A stretch of 54,019 bases of DNA, the filler included, from Catajapyx aquilonaris (lineage: Eukaryota), in assembly GCA_000934665.2 (NCBI GenBank). It is 2 parts of 2 records of this genome, joined end to end, with 100 filler letters (N's around TTAATTAATTAA, not from the genome) between each part and the next. Parts side by side here need not be neighbours in the genome. Positions count along the whole stretch, not along the records: positions 1 to 23,339 come from JYFJ02005702.1; 1 more part is not named here. One strand, 5' to 3'. Position 1 is the stretch's first letter; every line of letters begins with the position of its first letter. The position numbers and the translations under genes are program-made. Positions 10,706-23,339 of the stretch are shown here, piece after piece. The notes below the pieces were generated by a model that was not told where the DNA came from, did not search any database, and worked only from the letters and a program-made list of their open reading frames with translations.

Positions 10706-12489
10706 GTTGGTGTTCCCCTCTTCGTTTAACCGGCTGATCAACAATGGATCGGAGGAAGTGGCGGTGGTGAGGTGGGACGGGACACCAGTGGACGCCAGTG
10801 GACAGTACTGGTTCTCCTGGCTGCACAGACCGGAGGCCAGGAGACTGGACCCCTGCGCCACCTTCCTCTTCGCCTTCGAGACACTGGACACCTTGTCTCC
10901 TCTGGTGGTCCACGCGGCCACTCTTCACCTCATGGACACCGGAAGGGACAGGTTCCTCTTCTGGCCCAGGGACGGAGGTCTGGACACAGTCTTGATGCAT
11001 CCCATCGCCCAACTCATGCTCTTTCAGGTCGGGATCCAGTTCGACCAGGACTCCAGCTCGCTCAAGGTGATGGCGAACTGTCACTATTGCGATCACGGTA
11101 ATTCCAAGGTGGTGCATGTCGCTCAATACACGCGGGGAAGTGCCTTACCCGAATTGTGCCCAGATTATTCCACCAATCTGCACGGTAAGGTAATCAACGG
11201 CACTGGCCCGATTGACATATCCAAAAGGGAGTTGCAGTACATGTTGGACAATTCATTGCCAATGTTTGGAGTACTTATGTTTCTGCTTTTGATTAGTGAC
11301 GCACTGAATTTTGATCTGGTATCTGGAAGAAGCGCAATTAGATGACGGTGAGATTCCTGAGACATTGTTGCCCGATGGTAATTATACTGGTCAAACTGGT
11401 ACCATTATCCGGAGAAGGTCGGAGATAGCCCTCCTACCCTCAGTCCCGATAAATTCTGTTGTGCAAGTAATTCTCCCTGTTTATTACATGCAGGTAACAT
11501 TTTCCACCAGGGCATCAAGGCCAAGTTACTCGTGAAATTCTGTCTTGATGCCATACACTCCTGAAATGTGGGTTTTCATATTTTTGGCCACTCTTGTTGG
11601 CAGCTTTGTCCTTTTCGCCCTGCTAAGAATAGAGAGCACTTTCCGCAACCCTTTTCCAGACAAGGGTCCGTCCTATTCCCTCTTCCTCTACTCGGCCAGA
11701 TACCTGTTTTCCACCCTGATCGAGGAAAACCCCAACACCATCCCCCGAGGTGACCCCTCCAGACTCTTCATCTCCTTCTGGTGGATCTATTCCCTTGTCA
11801 TAATCATCGGATACGAAGCCTTGTACTTTGGCTTCTTAGCATCTCCACTGCAGGAGGATTTGCCAAACTCGTATCAAGAGCTGAATATTAGGCGTCAAAA
11901 ATGGCAATGGGGAACTATGGAAGCGGTTAAGCCTTATTTAGCAGGTATTTTCTCCGACAATGATTTAGAATTCTTTAAACCCATTGCTCGGGACTTGATA
12001 GATCTACCCGACTTCAGTACATGTGTTCGCAAATCAATAGACGAGAATTTTGCCTGCATAGCTCCATCGGATATATTGCTCGCAATCGGGGCGCAATACA
12101 TCGACAAAGCGGGAAATATTCCAGTGGCCATCCGTAATCATGCTGGTTTATTATTGTTCGTTGGATATACATTGGACAAACACAGCAGGTTTGGTCCAAT
12201 TATTGACAGAATGGCATTTTATTACTTAGATTCAGGACTTATGGCTTATCATGGCAAGTACTTGGAGTTTACATGCCGTCTAATAGGACTCAAGGATGCG
12301 AGGAAGTTGGATCGATCTTACCAGCACTCAATGGCTTTGAAATTTGATCAACTGAGAGGTGTGATGCTTTTTCTTGCCATCTGTTGTTGGGGTTGTGGTA
12401 TGCTCTTGCTCATTAGTGAAGTATTGTATGTAAGAAATAATATGCAAAATGTATTACAGAATAACAATAATAATAGCGTAACGTCGTAA
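10530..12489 (+). pseudogene. Divergent intronless ionotropic receptor (IR, iGluR-like) with one frameshift and one premature stop
   Basis: Signal peptide; S1-like DGNYTGQTGTIIRRRSEIA; MPYTPEMW before M1; SRLFISFWWIYSLVIIIGYEALYFGFLASP (M2/M3); S2 ENFACI and YYLDSGL; M4 LKFDQLRGVMLFL. Frameshift near 11320 and TGA at 11533-11535 (probably from TGG). Confidence 0.88.
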
Positions 12490-13649
12490 AAGAGATAATC
12501 TATTACATTTATATAACTTATACGTATGCATTGTACTGTGTGTAATGTGTATGGATTGTATTCCCATGTCATAAATACTTACAATAGAGAATATTGTCCG
12601 AGGAATTGTTACATTATTTCTTTCGGAAATTCTATAGAGTATCATTTATACTTATCGTAGCCTACATTCTACAATATCTACATGTAATAAAAATTATTAC
12701 GTGCAGAAATCATCATCATCACCATCAAGTACACTACGGGTACGGGTACATGATTTAGTAAGATTTTGGGAAGCATAAATTTATAAATTTTAAATGACCG
12801 GAATTGACAAGAATATACTTTCCGTTTATATTAAAATGACCTTAAAATGCTTTTTCTCCTCCGACTACTTTTGCCTGGAGCTTGTCCAATGGGGGCTGCA
12901 TTGTTTGGAGTATTTCCATGTACATAATCATGGAACAGGCCCAAGAATCTGTAAATAGAGATCAGACCACTTATTGGTAAGCTCCAAGGAAGGACTGGAG
13001 GATGGAATCCAGATGGAATTAGTTGGAATACAATTCATGGTGAGACAGACCATTCTCACCATTCATTGCTTTCAAACATGTCGGAATGATTACCCGTAGC
13101 ACTATGCGATCCTAGAAAGCAATATAAATGCAATTTTCCAGTAGATTAAAGAAAAGTAGAAACGTGGTTCAAATAATATGATGAAGGTTGTTACCTGACC
13201 TACAGCAGCACAATAGTTATGGAGATTCTGAGAATTTCTAACCGGTCGATACGTTCACAGGATGTAAAAAAGAGCTACTTCGGTTGCAATCAAAGGGTGA
13301 TGTCATAGTAATATCATAGATGACCTCGGAGATGACATGGGAAGGCTCGGAAAGAGTGAATTCGTTAGAAAATCCTTCATGTCATCGGAATTCAAGATGT
13401 CGCTGTGAAAAGGTTTGGAATATTCTCTAACGCTTCCTCTCGAGACGCAGGCAAGATCAACATGCACAAATTAGTTCAGGAAGCACGTCCTTAACCTTCA
13501 GGGTATAAATCATGAATCATTAAAAATTGCTACTGACTTTCACTTTGTCATTCATATTGTAATACAAATCACAATTTCATTTTAGATACGCAGTGAATGA
13601 AACAACAAACCTAGATTCCTGGAACTGATCTCTTTACAGGTGATAAAAG

Positions 13650-13650
13650 C

Positions 13651-13708
<58 letters not shown>

Positions 13709-13709
13709 C
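13650..13709 (+). repeat. (AAC)n microsatellite
   Basis: Direct read. Confidence 0.97.
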
Positions 13710-13755
13710 AATCACGACATTTCCCTATAAAGGGGTAGTCAGCGATGAGTCGCCT

Positions 13756-13951
13756 GCCTGACAGCCAAAAACTTTTACCGCCATCACACATTTTCCTTTG
13801 CCGCCAATTCCCCTGACAACCAATTCCTTTTACAGCAAAAACCCCTGACAGCCAAAATCTTTTGCCGCCAATTCCGTGACAGCTAAGAGCCCTGACAGCC
13901 AAATTCGTTTGCCGCCATTTCCCCGACAGCCAAAAGTCCTGACAGCCAAAA
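13756..13951 (+). repeat. Degenerate minisatellite-like array
   Basis: Recurring CCTGACAGCCAAAA and TTTGCCGCCAATTCC modules. Confidence 0.75.
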
Positions 13952-15489
13952 TATTAATCACGGCTGTTGGAATTTATTTATAAATTTCTTTTAAGTGAAA
14001 CCTTATATTTGGAGAAAAAAACAGTAAAAAGAAAGCGATGATATCTTCATCATTTCATTCTGTCATCACCATCATCGTCGTCATTTAATTGCAAACTTTA
14101 TAGCATATAGCATTTACATATTGGAAGACTAATTTGATGGACCAGCCCCACAATCTGCGAAGACCTCCTAATACTGTCTCCTAGAAAAGTAGGCTACAAC
14201 ATTGCTCACTTTGAGGCCATAGGATCCGCTTCGCGCATGCGCACTTGACTAAACTTGTTACCAAAAATAACATGTGTAATCATTATTACCGAAAAATGAG
14301 TAATTAATTATTAGGCTGTGCCCGCATATGGACCCTTTCTCGTCATAGCTCCAATGAAGATGCATTCATGAAGGTGGGCGCACGCGTCATCTTCATGCGC
14401 CCCCTAGAAGACAGGGCTGGTAGTCGCTGGTACCGAACTTGACTTGCCCCTCTTTCGGATACTCTCCTGCACATTTTGTGCCTAAATTTGTACTGTTCTG
14501 GGGTGTTCTCTTCGTAGCCCTCAATTCATTCTTAAAATGACACCTAAGGACATCATTGCGTATGGCCTCGGTCTAAGTACTAAATGTAAAAGTAATGTAA
14601 GTGATTTGATGCCCATTGTGCACTAATTGATATGCGTCTTCATATGGTATGACAGTATCTGATATTATTTTATTCCTCACATAATTGATGATGGACGTCA
14701 AGCCTATAAAAACCAACAGGCAAAAATGTAGGAGATTCCGCTAAGATCCACAGGTTCAGTATCGAATCATTTACCCTTACATGGCCTGGAAATAATTAAT
14801 GTTCCGCGTTGGTGCCGGTTGATGCCGGACTCATTGATGGCCTGTTGGCATTGTTGTAGCCTATTCTGCTGGTGATTTTAATAAACTAGCCTCCAGCCAA
14901 TAAAATAAGGCAAGAGTGACCTGCAACACAGCAAGAAAAATTATTTAAAACTATAAGTGAGGAAAGGGATGCTCCTCATTGCGTATAGGCAAAAGTAGTG
15001 GTGCTGGTGATGGTGGGGGGGGGGGGGGGNNGTCACATCCTATTTTATTGTGGCGAGTGGGATGCTTTAGCCATGTTGGAATTCTCTGGAGATGTTCACA
15101 AGGGTTACCCTTACCCGGATAAAAATTACGGGCTCCGTAACTGCCACGCATGAGTGTTGGTAAACAGGTATGCTGTGTCAATAATTGTGGCAGGCGGCGA
15201 AATCCTTAGAAACCACAATGTGCATCGAAAGTGGCCCCGGGGCAGCCTCCAAACCCCAGTTCGCCCCTGGCCACACTCGACACTATTGCAATGCATTCAA
15301 TTGCACCCTGTGTATATCGTTTTGCCGGGCGCTCCGCCTAGAATTGGCAGGGGACCATGAAAAAAGATAATAATAGCTGTTATTAGGCTCAATCCGCTGA
15401 TAATCATAATCATAAGCTACTATATCCGGATCCAAAGTGGCGGAATCGTTAGAAAGTGGGGCTTAAAGTAGCATGACGACTATTTCCAT

Positions 15490-15570
15490 AACTGATGCGA
15501 TCTGAGCCCGAGAATATTCAGAAAGCTGTCACAGCTTTCTGAATATTCTCGGGCTCAGATCGCATCAGTT
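15490..15570. repeat. Perfect 81-bp palindrome (40-bp arms, 1-nt centre) inside a larger imperfect inverted repeat (~15429-15629)
   Basis: AACTGATGCGATCTGAGCCCGAGAATATTCAGAAAGCTGT-C-ACAGCTTTCTGAATATTCTCGGGCTCAGATCGCATCAGTT. Confidence 0.95.
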
Positions 15571-15647
15571 GGCAACCAGTGAAGATTCACATTTCTCTCT
15601 TACCCCGCAATGAGGCGCCACTTTAGATCTAGCCCTCCGTATAGGTG

Positions 15648-16446
15648 CTGCCACCTTTTCGGTACACTCGAAACTCTATCGACTAGACAATATTGGAAAT
15701 ACGTCGTTTTCCTTTGAATTATTTACTGGACTGCTCAACCCGATTCAGTTGACAAGCCAGCCACACACTCTGGGCGTATTATGGGCCAATCTCTTCGCTC
15801 CATCGTCACGCAATATTGCGTGCGGATAATGGCTCGTCTCTAAAGCTTAAATGTTGGAAGGGCTAGGGAAGAGATTGGTTCATTAGAGTACAAAAATATC
15901 AGGCAATCTGAAAATGATGGGTTGTAGTAAGAACTTTTGCAGGGATTAGTAGATCTTTCCTATGAGGCTTGCTATCAATAAAAAGGTATGTCAAGAAAGG
16001 CAAGAATCTTTTAAATTGATATGAATTATGACGAAGGTTTGTGACAAATTACGTTCGAAACAGCAGTCAAAGACGCATGCAAGATTTTTTCGTTTCATTT
16101 ATGCAAGTTTCTTTAGTGAATTCAAAGCTTATATGATGCTCTTGGTCTTGGCATCTAGTATGTCATGTGACAGCTGACAATGATGTCCATTATGTCTTCA
16201 TGTCCTTGCTATCGATTTCATTGTTTAAAAATGTGGCTTTTTCCGACCCTTCCTACACTTTTACATGACCAGCGTGTTATGGAATGGCGGAACATTGTTG
16301 TTCATAAAATATTCATGGATGTGTCGGTAAATAGCCTACTTCAAGAGAAATCAATATCAAGCTCTGTAATTTTTCTCCGACAAGTATCTCACATGCGTTT
16401 GTAAAAATACTTTAAGCAGCGTTTACATGATTGTGAGCGATTTGAT
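15648..16446 (+). repeat. Repeat family B, copy 1 (~800 bp)
   Basis: Direct repeat of 17856-18661. Confidence 0.92.
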
Positions 16447-17855
16447 TGCACGATGTCATCGCCTATCACCTTCTCGTAATAATTATAATGCTTCCTGGTA
16501 TATAGCACATAGACACTGTACATTGGTCGATAGAGATTAAGGTTGCTGTCCGATGATATAAAGCAGCCCTGGCGAAATTACGAAGTCCGGGACACTCCAT
16601 AATTAGAGCTTGCCCAATTGCGGATCGAATCGCGCAAATTCTTAGGGGCCAATGTGTCAGTTGCAATGTTGTTATTTATTATATTAATATTATTTATTTA
16701 TTTATTTATTTATTGTTATTATTACGTATGGAAAAATTAGCCATCAAGCAAGTGAATGTGATATCATGGTTACATAATGCACTGTAGACACGTGTATGAC
16801 TGTTTGCCGTTCAGAAGGCCAAGGTGAAGGTTGCCAAGGAAAAGTGGTCGATTTCAATGAATTTTATACTCATAAAATGTAAGGTCCACATTGAATATCA
16901 TACACTCCAAATCAAGGCCAGTGTAAAGCAATATATCCCGTCACAGCTTATTCCGATGGCATGCATTAGTAAGTAGGCAGACCCGTCGCTAGCTCGCCCA
17001 GCATCACTCGCTCCATGTGAACAGTGGCAACAATAAAAACTAAGTGACCTCCACGTAATGATGTCTGAACACGACCTCGACGGCGGGGTTGCCAGGTAAC
17101 GCCAACGTCGTTGTTTTCATTAAGGGTATGAATGTCCGGTAGTGTACAGTACCACCGGAGACGTTACATCTGCGATATTTTTTCCAGTGGTTATTGTGGG
17201 CCAACAAGCTATTTATACAAACAGAACAGCTTATCACAATCACATGTCAGGAATAACTCTGAATATCCCAAAAGTGGTGAAGTGTTTCCTTATATCACCA
17301 GCAGCACTGATTGCAATGTCACAATTTATTAATAAAAAATGAAAATGACTTGTAGGATATTCTTACCTCCGATGCAATCTCTCATTCATAAGTATTTTTT
17401 TGTCTGTCCAATTCCAAGCAAACCCTAACAATGTACCTCATGAAGCCTCTTTTTCTTAGACATGAGGTTAACTTGTCGGTAACAATATTATGTCTACGTG
17501 ACTCTTTGTCCGTCATACGCGTATGAATGGCATAGTTCTTTCAGATTGATAACCTTAACAACACCTGTTTGACTGTTTCTGTAACAGGCCCACTTGCCTA
17601 TGTCATGTGACTTTTCTCCCTACCTACTCCCAGCATCCCTTGTGTTTTTGAGACTATATAGAAACATGGGGACGTGAAATAGGGGCCAGTCTCTAGGACA
17701 AAATCCCGGAGCTGGTCAGGGCTAGACAGCCTTCCTCCCCTCTTATTTCCTTTCCTATCTCCTGACTCTAAATTGTGGTGATTAAAAGTTGTCTGACAGA
17801 ACTCTGTTGTGGCGTACCTTTTTATGGTCCCAAATTGTGCCATTCGGGGGTAACA

Positions 17856-18661
17856 CTGCCACCTTTTCGGTACATTCGAAACTCTATCGACTAGACAATT
17901 ATTGGGAATACTTCGCCGGTTTTCCTTTGAATTATTTACTGGACTGCTCAACCCTATTCAATTGACAAGCCAGCCACACATTCTAGGCGTATCATGGGCC
18001 AATCTCTTCGCTCCATCGCATCGTCACGCAATATTGCGCGCGGATAATGGCTCGTCTCTAAAGCTCAAATGTTGGAAGGGCTAGGGAAGAGACAGGTTTT
18101 GTAGAGTACGGTACAAAAAAAATCAGGCAATCGGAAAATAATGGGTTGTAGTAAGAAGTTTTGTAGGGATTAGTAGATCTTTCCTATGAGGATTGCTATC
18201 AATAAAAAGGTATGTCAAGAAAGGCAGGAATCTTTTAAATTGATATGTATTATGTCAAAGGTTTCTGACAAATCACGTTCGAAACAGAAATCAAAGACGC
18301 ATGCAAGATTTTTTCGTTTCATTTATGCAAGTTTCTTTAGTGAATTCAAAGCCTCTTGCATCTACTGTAGTATGTCATGTGACATGTGACAATGTGCATT
18401 ATGTCTTCATTTCATTTCCTTGCTATCGATTTCATTGTTTGAAAATGTGGGTTTTTCCGACCCTTCCTACTCTTTTGCATGACCAGCATGTTATGGAATG
18501 GCGGATATTGTTGTTCATAAAATATTCACGAATGTGTCGGCAAATAGCCTACGTCCGTCAGGAGGAATCAATATCAAGGTCTGTCATTTTTTCGACAAGT
18601 ATCTCACATGCGTTTGTAAAAATACTTTAGGCTGCGTTTACAATCATGTGAGCGATTTGAT
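17856..18661 (+). repeat. Repeat family B, copy 2
   Basis: Direct repeat of 15648-16446 with scattered substitutions and indels. Confidence 0.92.
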
Positions 18662-19518
18662 CACTCACACATGACACTTCTCGGAGGCCAAAAAATCACT
18701 CCCATAAACCCTGGATAGTGCAAATCTTTGTCTATCAAATAATATATTTGAAACTTAGAAATCGCCATTTGTGTAATCATAATTAAGTTAATTGCACACC
18801 TCAGTTATCTCGGCCGTTGCTCATCCTAATTACTTCGCGAATGTATCGACGACCCAGAATAAAATTACACCGTGCTCTATTACACTGAAATTTTAAACGC
18901 ATTTAAAAGGATCGCCTTATTTTCCAGCCAGAAAGCGGTCTGGATACATGTATATTAAACTTACTAAAACAATAATTTTAAGTGTAATAAAGCAAGGTTT
19001 AATATTTTATCATGCACATTTCTGGCATATTTAAAAAAATTGGATAGTAGTTGGCTCAACTAGAAATCAACAATGCTATCCAATTAGCCTACCTATTGTT
19101 CCGGACTTGTGGGACACCTTTTTTGTGTGACCGACTTTTTTTCAAGGTGAACCCTATGGACTTTTCTGGACCTCTGGTGACTCGTATGACCTATCCCGAT
19201 TTTTAAATATAATTTTCAATTACCAAAATGTTCAAATCGGTACATTACATAATTATGTATAGATTTGATGTGAATTCCCCCCCCCCCCTTCCCCGAGGTC
19301 TTCAATTGATTAAAGCTGGTTTACTCCTTTATTCAAGATTGGGTGAATATGAATATTTTGTGTCAAATATTAGTACTTTCATATTGCCTACACGCGAACA
19401 GGTGCATGATGATGGCATTATTTTCAGCCCTAACAGTATTTTGAGGAAAGTTACTTGAAAGCTGTTGTCACGAAGAGAAATACTGATGACATATGCATAC
19501 TAAATAGATTGAACATAC

Positions 19519-19632
19519 TCAGTGTACTCCAGCACAGTCTGTCGTAAAAGTGGTCGCAATATTATCATCTGCTTTTTCGGCACCCTTGAACTGTGCCAGG
19601 ACTATCAAGTATGTCGTTACAGCTCCAGCTAC
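19519..19632 (-). CDS. Terminal exon of a gustatory receptor (upstream exons not found)
   Basis: cag|VAGAVTTYLIVLAQF...stop carries the GR TM7 signature TYhhhhhQF after a phase-0 acceptor, the usual position of the last GR intron. Confidence 0.85.
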   Translation of the reverse strand, partial: VAGAVTTYLIVLAQFKGAEKADDNIATTFTTDCAGVH

Positions 19633-20348
19633 CTGACAAGGGAGGGTCACAGGGTGATAACGACGGATCTTGATGATATTTAACATGCTAATACAGGACG
19701 ATATATGATACCCAAGAATGAAATATTTCATGCGGAGGCCCATATTTGCAATAGTTATGAAGTCTTAAAGTTCCAAAAATAATACATTTTAATTGTGTTC
19801 ATAATGGGATTACATTAGCGACCGCATATAAGACCACATTGAAGTGTGTCATCAGTTTCTATTCTACACTTTGTCTCATCGGAAAAAAGTCCTACATAAC
19901 GGCTCTGTATCTCTTACGGTTTAGGCCTTGATACCTGTCCACAGACGGACGGACGGAAGACTTGATGACCAGATGACCAGATGACCAGCAGTTGACGTGA
20001 TGCCCTAATTTTTTGCTTTATTTGTTATAATATTGAGTGTACTGGCTAAAGAGCTATAACGGCTAGGTTAGTCAATAAACTCGTATTAGAGCCGTTCTGT
20101 AGGACTTTTTCCGATGAGAAAAAGTGTAGAAACTGATTACACACTTCAATGTCATTATATGTTGTCGCTAATGTAATCCCATTATGAATGAAAATGTATT
20201 ATTTTTGGGACTTTAAGACGTCATAACTTTTGCAAATATGGGCCTCCGCACGAAATATTTCATTTTTGGGTATCATATATTGTCCTGTATTAGCATGTTA
20301 AGTTTCATCAAGTTCCGTCATTATCACCCCGTGACCTTCCCTTGTCAG
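19633..20348. repeat. Two inverted copies of repeat A (19633-19931, 20088-20348) around a spacer with GACG and GATGACCA micro-repeats
   Basis: Starts CTGACAAGGGAGGGTCAC and ends GTGACCTTCCCTTGTCAG. No TSD seen. Confidence 0.85.
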
Positions 20349-20878
20349 ATTTCAGAACTGTGGAAATTTAAAGCTGCACGTGAACTTTGTCCTGCACTGA
20401 CCAGTCATTCTGAAGGCACTGGGGCTCATATAGCCTCACACAATTACGTACTATCGAAAACCGTCAAAATGACAAAATGGGGTTGGGTGAGGTGGAGTGG
20501 TGTCCATTAAATTAATGTGACTTTCCTATGGGCGTCGTTCTCTGCCAATATCACTATTAGTTCTAGTTCAGGTTTTAGGTAAGGGTGGAGCTTGACGTAC
20601 ATTACCTCGCATAAATCTAGCAGCTTAAAAAGAAATTCCACCAACCTGCAGGTGATATATTAATAGGCCTACTTTAGAAATGTTTTGTCCTTGGATTTGC
20701 GTACTTGGATCACGTAAGAAGCGATCCTCATAGTATGTCTCATAGTACAGTGGTTTAGTATTATTTTGTAACCATAGTAAGCATGGTTGATAGGGTCACT
20801 TGAAACCGGATGGCAGCAGATCAAACGAGAATATTATTTTTTCCCTGAGAAGTTGGAAAAAATGCATTATTTATAATA

Positions 20879-21077
20879 AGATGAAGTGGGGTAAGTGCAC
20901 ACACGGGGTAAGTGCATACACGGGGCCGCCATATTGGAATGAAAATGGCTGACGACACCAAAACGGGTCAGGCACTCTTTTGTGTAGCTGCACATAACAT
21001 CCCACGCGTTTTGGTGTCGTCAGCCATTTTCATTCCAATATGGACCGCCCCGTGTATGCACTTACCCCACTTCACCT
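20879..21077. mobile_element. MITE with ~70-bp TIRs and TA target duplication (Tc1/mariner-type)
   Basis: ta|AGATGAAGTGGGGTAAGTGCA...TGCACTTACCCCACTTCACCT|ta; absent at the paralogous site (~8655). Confidence 0.9.
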
Positions 21078-21514
21078 TATATGGTTTTGCCTTGACGCCC
21101 CGGGGGAGAAACATCCGGGGGGAACCACGTAAAAACATAAACAGTTATGACAATCTTTTTGAGCGTCGTAGTACGTATTTATTCCTGCGGTCATATTTTT
21201 TCTGTGTCAAGTAAAGGTTCTAAAACAGAATTTTTAAATTAGGAGATCAATTTTTAAAACATTCCAAATTTTCAAAATGGAACAAAATTTTCAAAAAAGT
21301 CAAATTCCGCATTTTTAAATTTTTTTAGGAAGATTGGGCTGTCGAATCCTATCAAATCGAGCGGTCAGTGCTACGTCTCTATCTATCTAATAAATCAAAT
21401 AAAGTTGGATAATAATTATTGTGAAAATAATAATCGGACAGAGAGTAATGGTGTGAAATTAGATATGAATCAGAGGCAAGTCGAACCACCTGGAGCCAAA
21501 GGGGTTAATTAACT

Positions 21515-21763
21515 GAAGGGGTTAGTGCCATAACGTGCTAAGCCACACTTTTGTGTTTTTTGAGCTTGCACGTGTCTGAAAGTCCCACCATCGTGCTTCA
21601 CAAGTGGGCATCACGTAGTTAGAAAAATTCCCCATAGATCACGAGAAAATCACAAATAATGTTCCTTGTTTTGTATGATTTGCCATATTAAGCCAAACTT
21701 TTGAAAGCCCATATCTCAGAATGAAGGTTTTGTGGCTTAGCACGTTATGGCACTAACCCATTC
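21515..21763. mobile_element. MITE with ~33-bp TIRs and apparent 4-bp TSD (AACT)
   Basis: aact|GAAGGGGTTAGTGCCATAACGTGCTAAGCCACA...TGTGGCTTAGCACGTTATGGCACTAACCCATTC|aact; absent at the paralogous site (~9093). Confidence 0.87.
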
Positions 21764-23163
21764 AACTGTAAACGTTTACAAATTTTTTCGCTCGTCATCC
21801 ACGTTGATGTATGGATGCTGTGAATGAATGTCTCTTAATATTATTTTCCTCCAGCATTCCATAGAACAGCGCTAGTTAAAGCTGGTTAATCTTGCCAGGC
21901 TTGTTGCTTCAACCATAACCAGTCCTCTCCAGCCATCTTACTCCTTATTATCCTAAAGTTCGGCACAGGCAAGCAGTTTTTTTATGTAAATTCGAATGTA
22001 AGTCATCGAATGCTCTTTGGTGTAAGGTCATGCAACATGTAAAAACGTATGACTCCATTAATTTCTTAAAGTACTGTACATCTGAAGGTCATCTGATGTG
22101 CAGTATTTTGAAGTCGTAATGACAGGGCTTGTTCTTAATCCAACATCATAGACACAAACAAAAATGCTGTTGACCATCAATCTACTGATCATAAGTGTAC
22201 CGCCAACCATACCAACACCGGAAGACATCGACCCCCAGAATGTCGTCATCCTGAGTGTCACGCAGCCCTTCACGCAGGAGAGACATAGGTGTAGCTCTGA
22301 ATAGTCAGGATAACAGAGTTCGACGGCTTATTGAAAGTTCGTGTCCGAATCGATTATACAGTATATTTATCCACGCGGAGTAATTCTAGGGTTTGAGCCA
22401 CCCCCAAACGTTTCGGGTAAATGTACTGTCACGCAATTTTTTAAAGAGGGAGTATGTGAACAGTAGTATTATAAAATCTTATAGGAAAAACCAATTCACT
22501 TGGCTGCGCGAATACAGTCCGTTAAATGAAAGGACGCTCTGACGTCACAAAAATAGAATTTTCTGAGTATGTGTATGAAGCGAGGAGAGTCTGGGGGTGC
22601 TAAATAATTGCATCAATGGCTTCTCGGGTCTCAGGAGGATAAGCGCAAACATTTCTTGGAGAAAGAGAAAGGAGACTCTAGAAAACTCTCCATATATCTA
22701 GGTTTTACAAACCAGTAAGTGCGTGACAATCGAAGTAGTTTGTAGGCATTTCAAAGACACTGCTGCGTAGTGCATGTATAAAAAATTTATCCCACAATGA
22801 CGTATATGTACGTTAAGTGAGCAATTTCTTGCAGAAAAGTCGGAAGGGAAAATATCATTGTCTTGTCAATGCCAGCCATTGTAACTCACAAATAGACGGC
22901 GTTAACAACCCCTAATCGTGTATCACATAATTTAATATTCTGCAACCTGAAAATCCGTAACATTGCATCTTAATACGACCCTGTTAGTGGTAATTAGTTT
23001 CGGAGCACAGGAAAGGGCAGGCAACGTGTGTATTTGTCCAAATATAATTTCTGAATGAGTTTGATGGGGACTTGGCAATGGTGGCAAAATATATTGACAG
23101 CGAAATGTTTCGGGCAATTGATATAAAAGTTCGGGGAATCAATAGGAGAAGCTCAGTTACACC

Positions 23164-23339
23164 ATGGAAGCAATGCGTGTAGCAGTTGTTGCTCTCTGTG
23201 CAGTGGCCTCTCTAGCATACGCTCAAGTCCACATGTCATCTCCATCTGTTGGGTCGGAAGAGGAAGAGCTGGTGGCCTCCCTGGTGGAAGATGTCCGTGG
23301 TTCGAGACCCGAGTGTCTCCTGGTGTTGTGCGGCGACTG
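23164..23339 (+). CDS. 5' end of a second IR paralog, truncated by the assembly gap
   Basis: MEAMRVAVVALCAVASLAYAQV..., near-identical to the ORF at 10530. Confidence 0.88.

Larger units (their letters stand above)
20738..23339 (+). repeat. Local duplication, copy 2, carrying two extra MITE insertions
   Basis: Collinear with 8519-10705. Confidence 0.93.

Noticed and set aside
12840..13470. Minus-strand exon-like segments downstream of the IR
   Set aside because: The frames examined contain several stops and no recognisable motif.
13756..13951. CRISPR-like array
   Set aside because: Degenerate units, no unique spacers, no cas genes, eukaryotic context.
17230..17330. BED-finger-like CDIAISAAGDIRKH on the minus strand
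   Set aside because: Too short, with no adjoining transposase motifs.
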